DNA of 64,000 nucleotides from an uncultured bacterium. Its GTDB lineage: Bacteria; Desulfobacterota; Deferrimicrobia; Deferrimicrobiales; Deferrimicrobiaceae. The DNA is taken from contig CAVXQW010000007.1 of the NCBI GenBank assembly GCA_963764045.1, positions 173,630 through 237,629 on the forward strand, given 5' to 3'. The notes under the pieces are model-generated. The model searched no databases and had not been told where the DNA came from. It saw only the letters and a program-made list of their open reading frames with translations. The translations under genes were made by a program, and so were the position numbers. The first letter of the stretch is position 1; every line of letters starts with the position of its first letter. Positions 63,356-64,000 of this stretch are shown one piece after another.

Positions 63356-64000
63356 ACCCGGGCCGGGCCCCGCGCCCCGACTGGCTGAAAGTCCGCGCTC
63401 CCTCGGGGAAACGCGTGGAGGAGGTTTCGGGGACGCTCGCCAGGCTCGGACTGCGGACGGTTTGCCGGGAGGCCAGGTGCCCCAACGTCGGGGAGTGCTG
63501 GGGAGCGGGGACGGCGACCGTGATCCTGCTGGGCGACGTTTGCACGCGAGGATGCGCATTCTGCGGCGTGACCGCCGGAGTCGCCCGCGCCGCCGGATCC
63601 CTCCGAGCCCGATCGCGTGGCGAAGGCGGCCGCGGAACTCTCCTGGCGGCACGTGGTCGTCACCTCCGTGACCCGGGACGATCTCCCCGACGGGGGGGCG
63701 GAGCACTTCGCCTCGGTGGTCCGCGCGCTGCGGCGGGAAGCTCCGGCGGCCACGGTCGAACTGCTGGTTCCGGACTTCGGCGGAAGCGTCGACGCGTTGC
63801 GATGCGTCGTTGACGCCGCCCCCGACATCCTCGCCCACAACGTGGAGACCGTCCCGCGCCTCTATCCGGTGGTTCGGAAAGGTGCGGTATACGACCGATC
63901 CCTCGATCTTTTCCGGCGCGCCGCAGCGATCCGTCCCTCCCTGTTGCTGAAATCCGGGATCATGCTCGGGTTCGGGGAGACCGAAGGGGAGGTGGCGGCG
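63352..64000 (+). CDS. lipA: Lipoyl synthase (radical SAM); frameshift near 63595, runs off the right edge
   Basis: [26 protein letters not shown]; then [15 protein letters not shown] and HNVETV in the shifted frame. Confidence 0.93.

Noticed and set aside
1-64000. tRNA, rRNA, CRISPR arrays, IS elements, prophage or defence genes
   Set aside because: I saw no cloverleaf/T-loop signatures, spaced direct repeats, transposase/integrase motifs or compositional island by eye.

Overview
GC-rich bacterial chromosomal segment, densely coding. The gene style (Liv-type ABC systems, class I fumarase, short ArgA, YajQ, Cus cluster with GerMN lipoprotein) suggests a deltaproteobacterium or Desulfobacterota-like organism; this is inference only. 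I found no tRNA, rRNA, CRISPR array, integrase or transposase. More than 30 apparent single-base frameshifts hit otherwise intact genes, including housekeeping ones (rne, lipA, cusA, E2, E1-beta). This most likely reflects an unpolished long-read assembly, so broken genes are called as CDS, not pseudogenes. Content in order: (1) 1-7558, minus-strand catabolic operon: class II aldolase, HisD/HpsN-like dehydrogenase, SDR, Tat-exported Liv-type ABC transporter. (2) yajQ-tenA-thiD. (3) Putative sigma-54-driven Cu/Ag efflux cluster: small CC-tail membrane protein, TolC, CusB, CusA, GerMN lipoprotein, two tandem Met/His-rich secreted paralogues. (4) DMT transporter, 4-OT tautomerase, fumarase, GIY-YIG, succinate/acetate CoA-transferase. 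(5) DUF799-CsgG-PEGA lipoprotein trio. (6) rarA and nadK-recN-argA-pmbA-HAD-rne housekeeping block, lpxH. (7) CoA-transferase III with an orphan 2-oxoacid dehydrogenase E1ab. (8) About 18 kb catabolic region: two Liv-type ABC systems, SDR, nitroreductase, acyl-CoA ligase, 4-hydroxybutyryl-CoA dehydratase, 3-hydroxyacyl-CoA dehydrogenase, Fe-ADH, ALDH. (9) E2-E3-E1a-E1b-E2'-lipB-lipA. Best candidates for undescribed biology: the HpsN-like/aldolase operon, the Met-rich paralogue pair that may replace CusF, the ligase-coupled 4-hydroxybutyrate route, and the curli-less CsgG lipoprotein operon.
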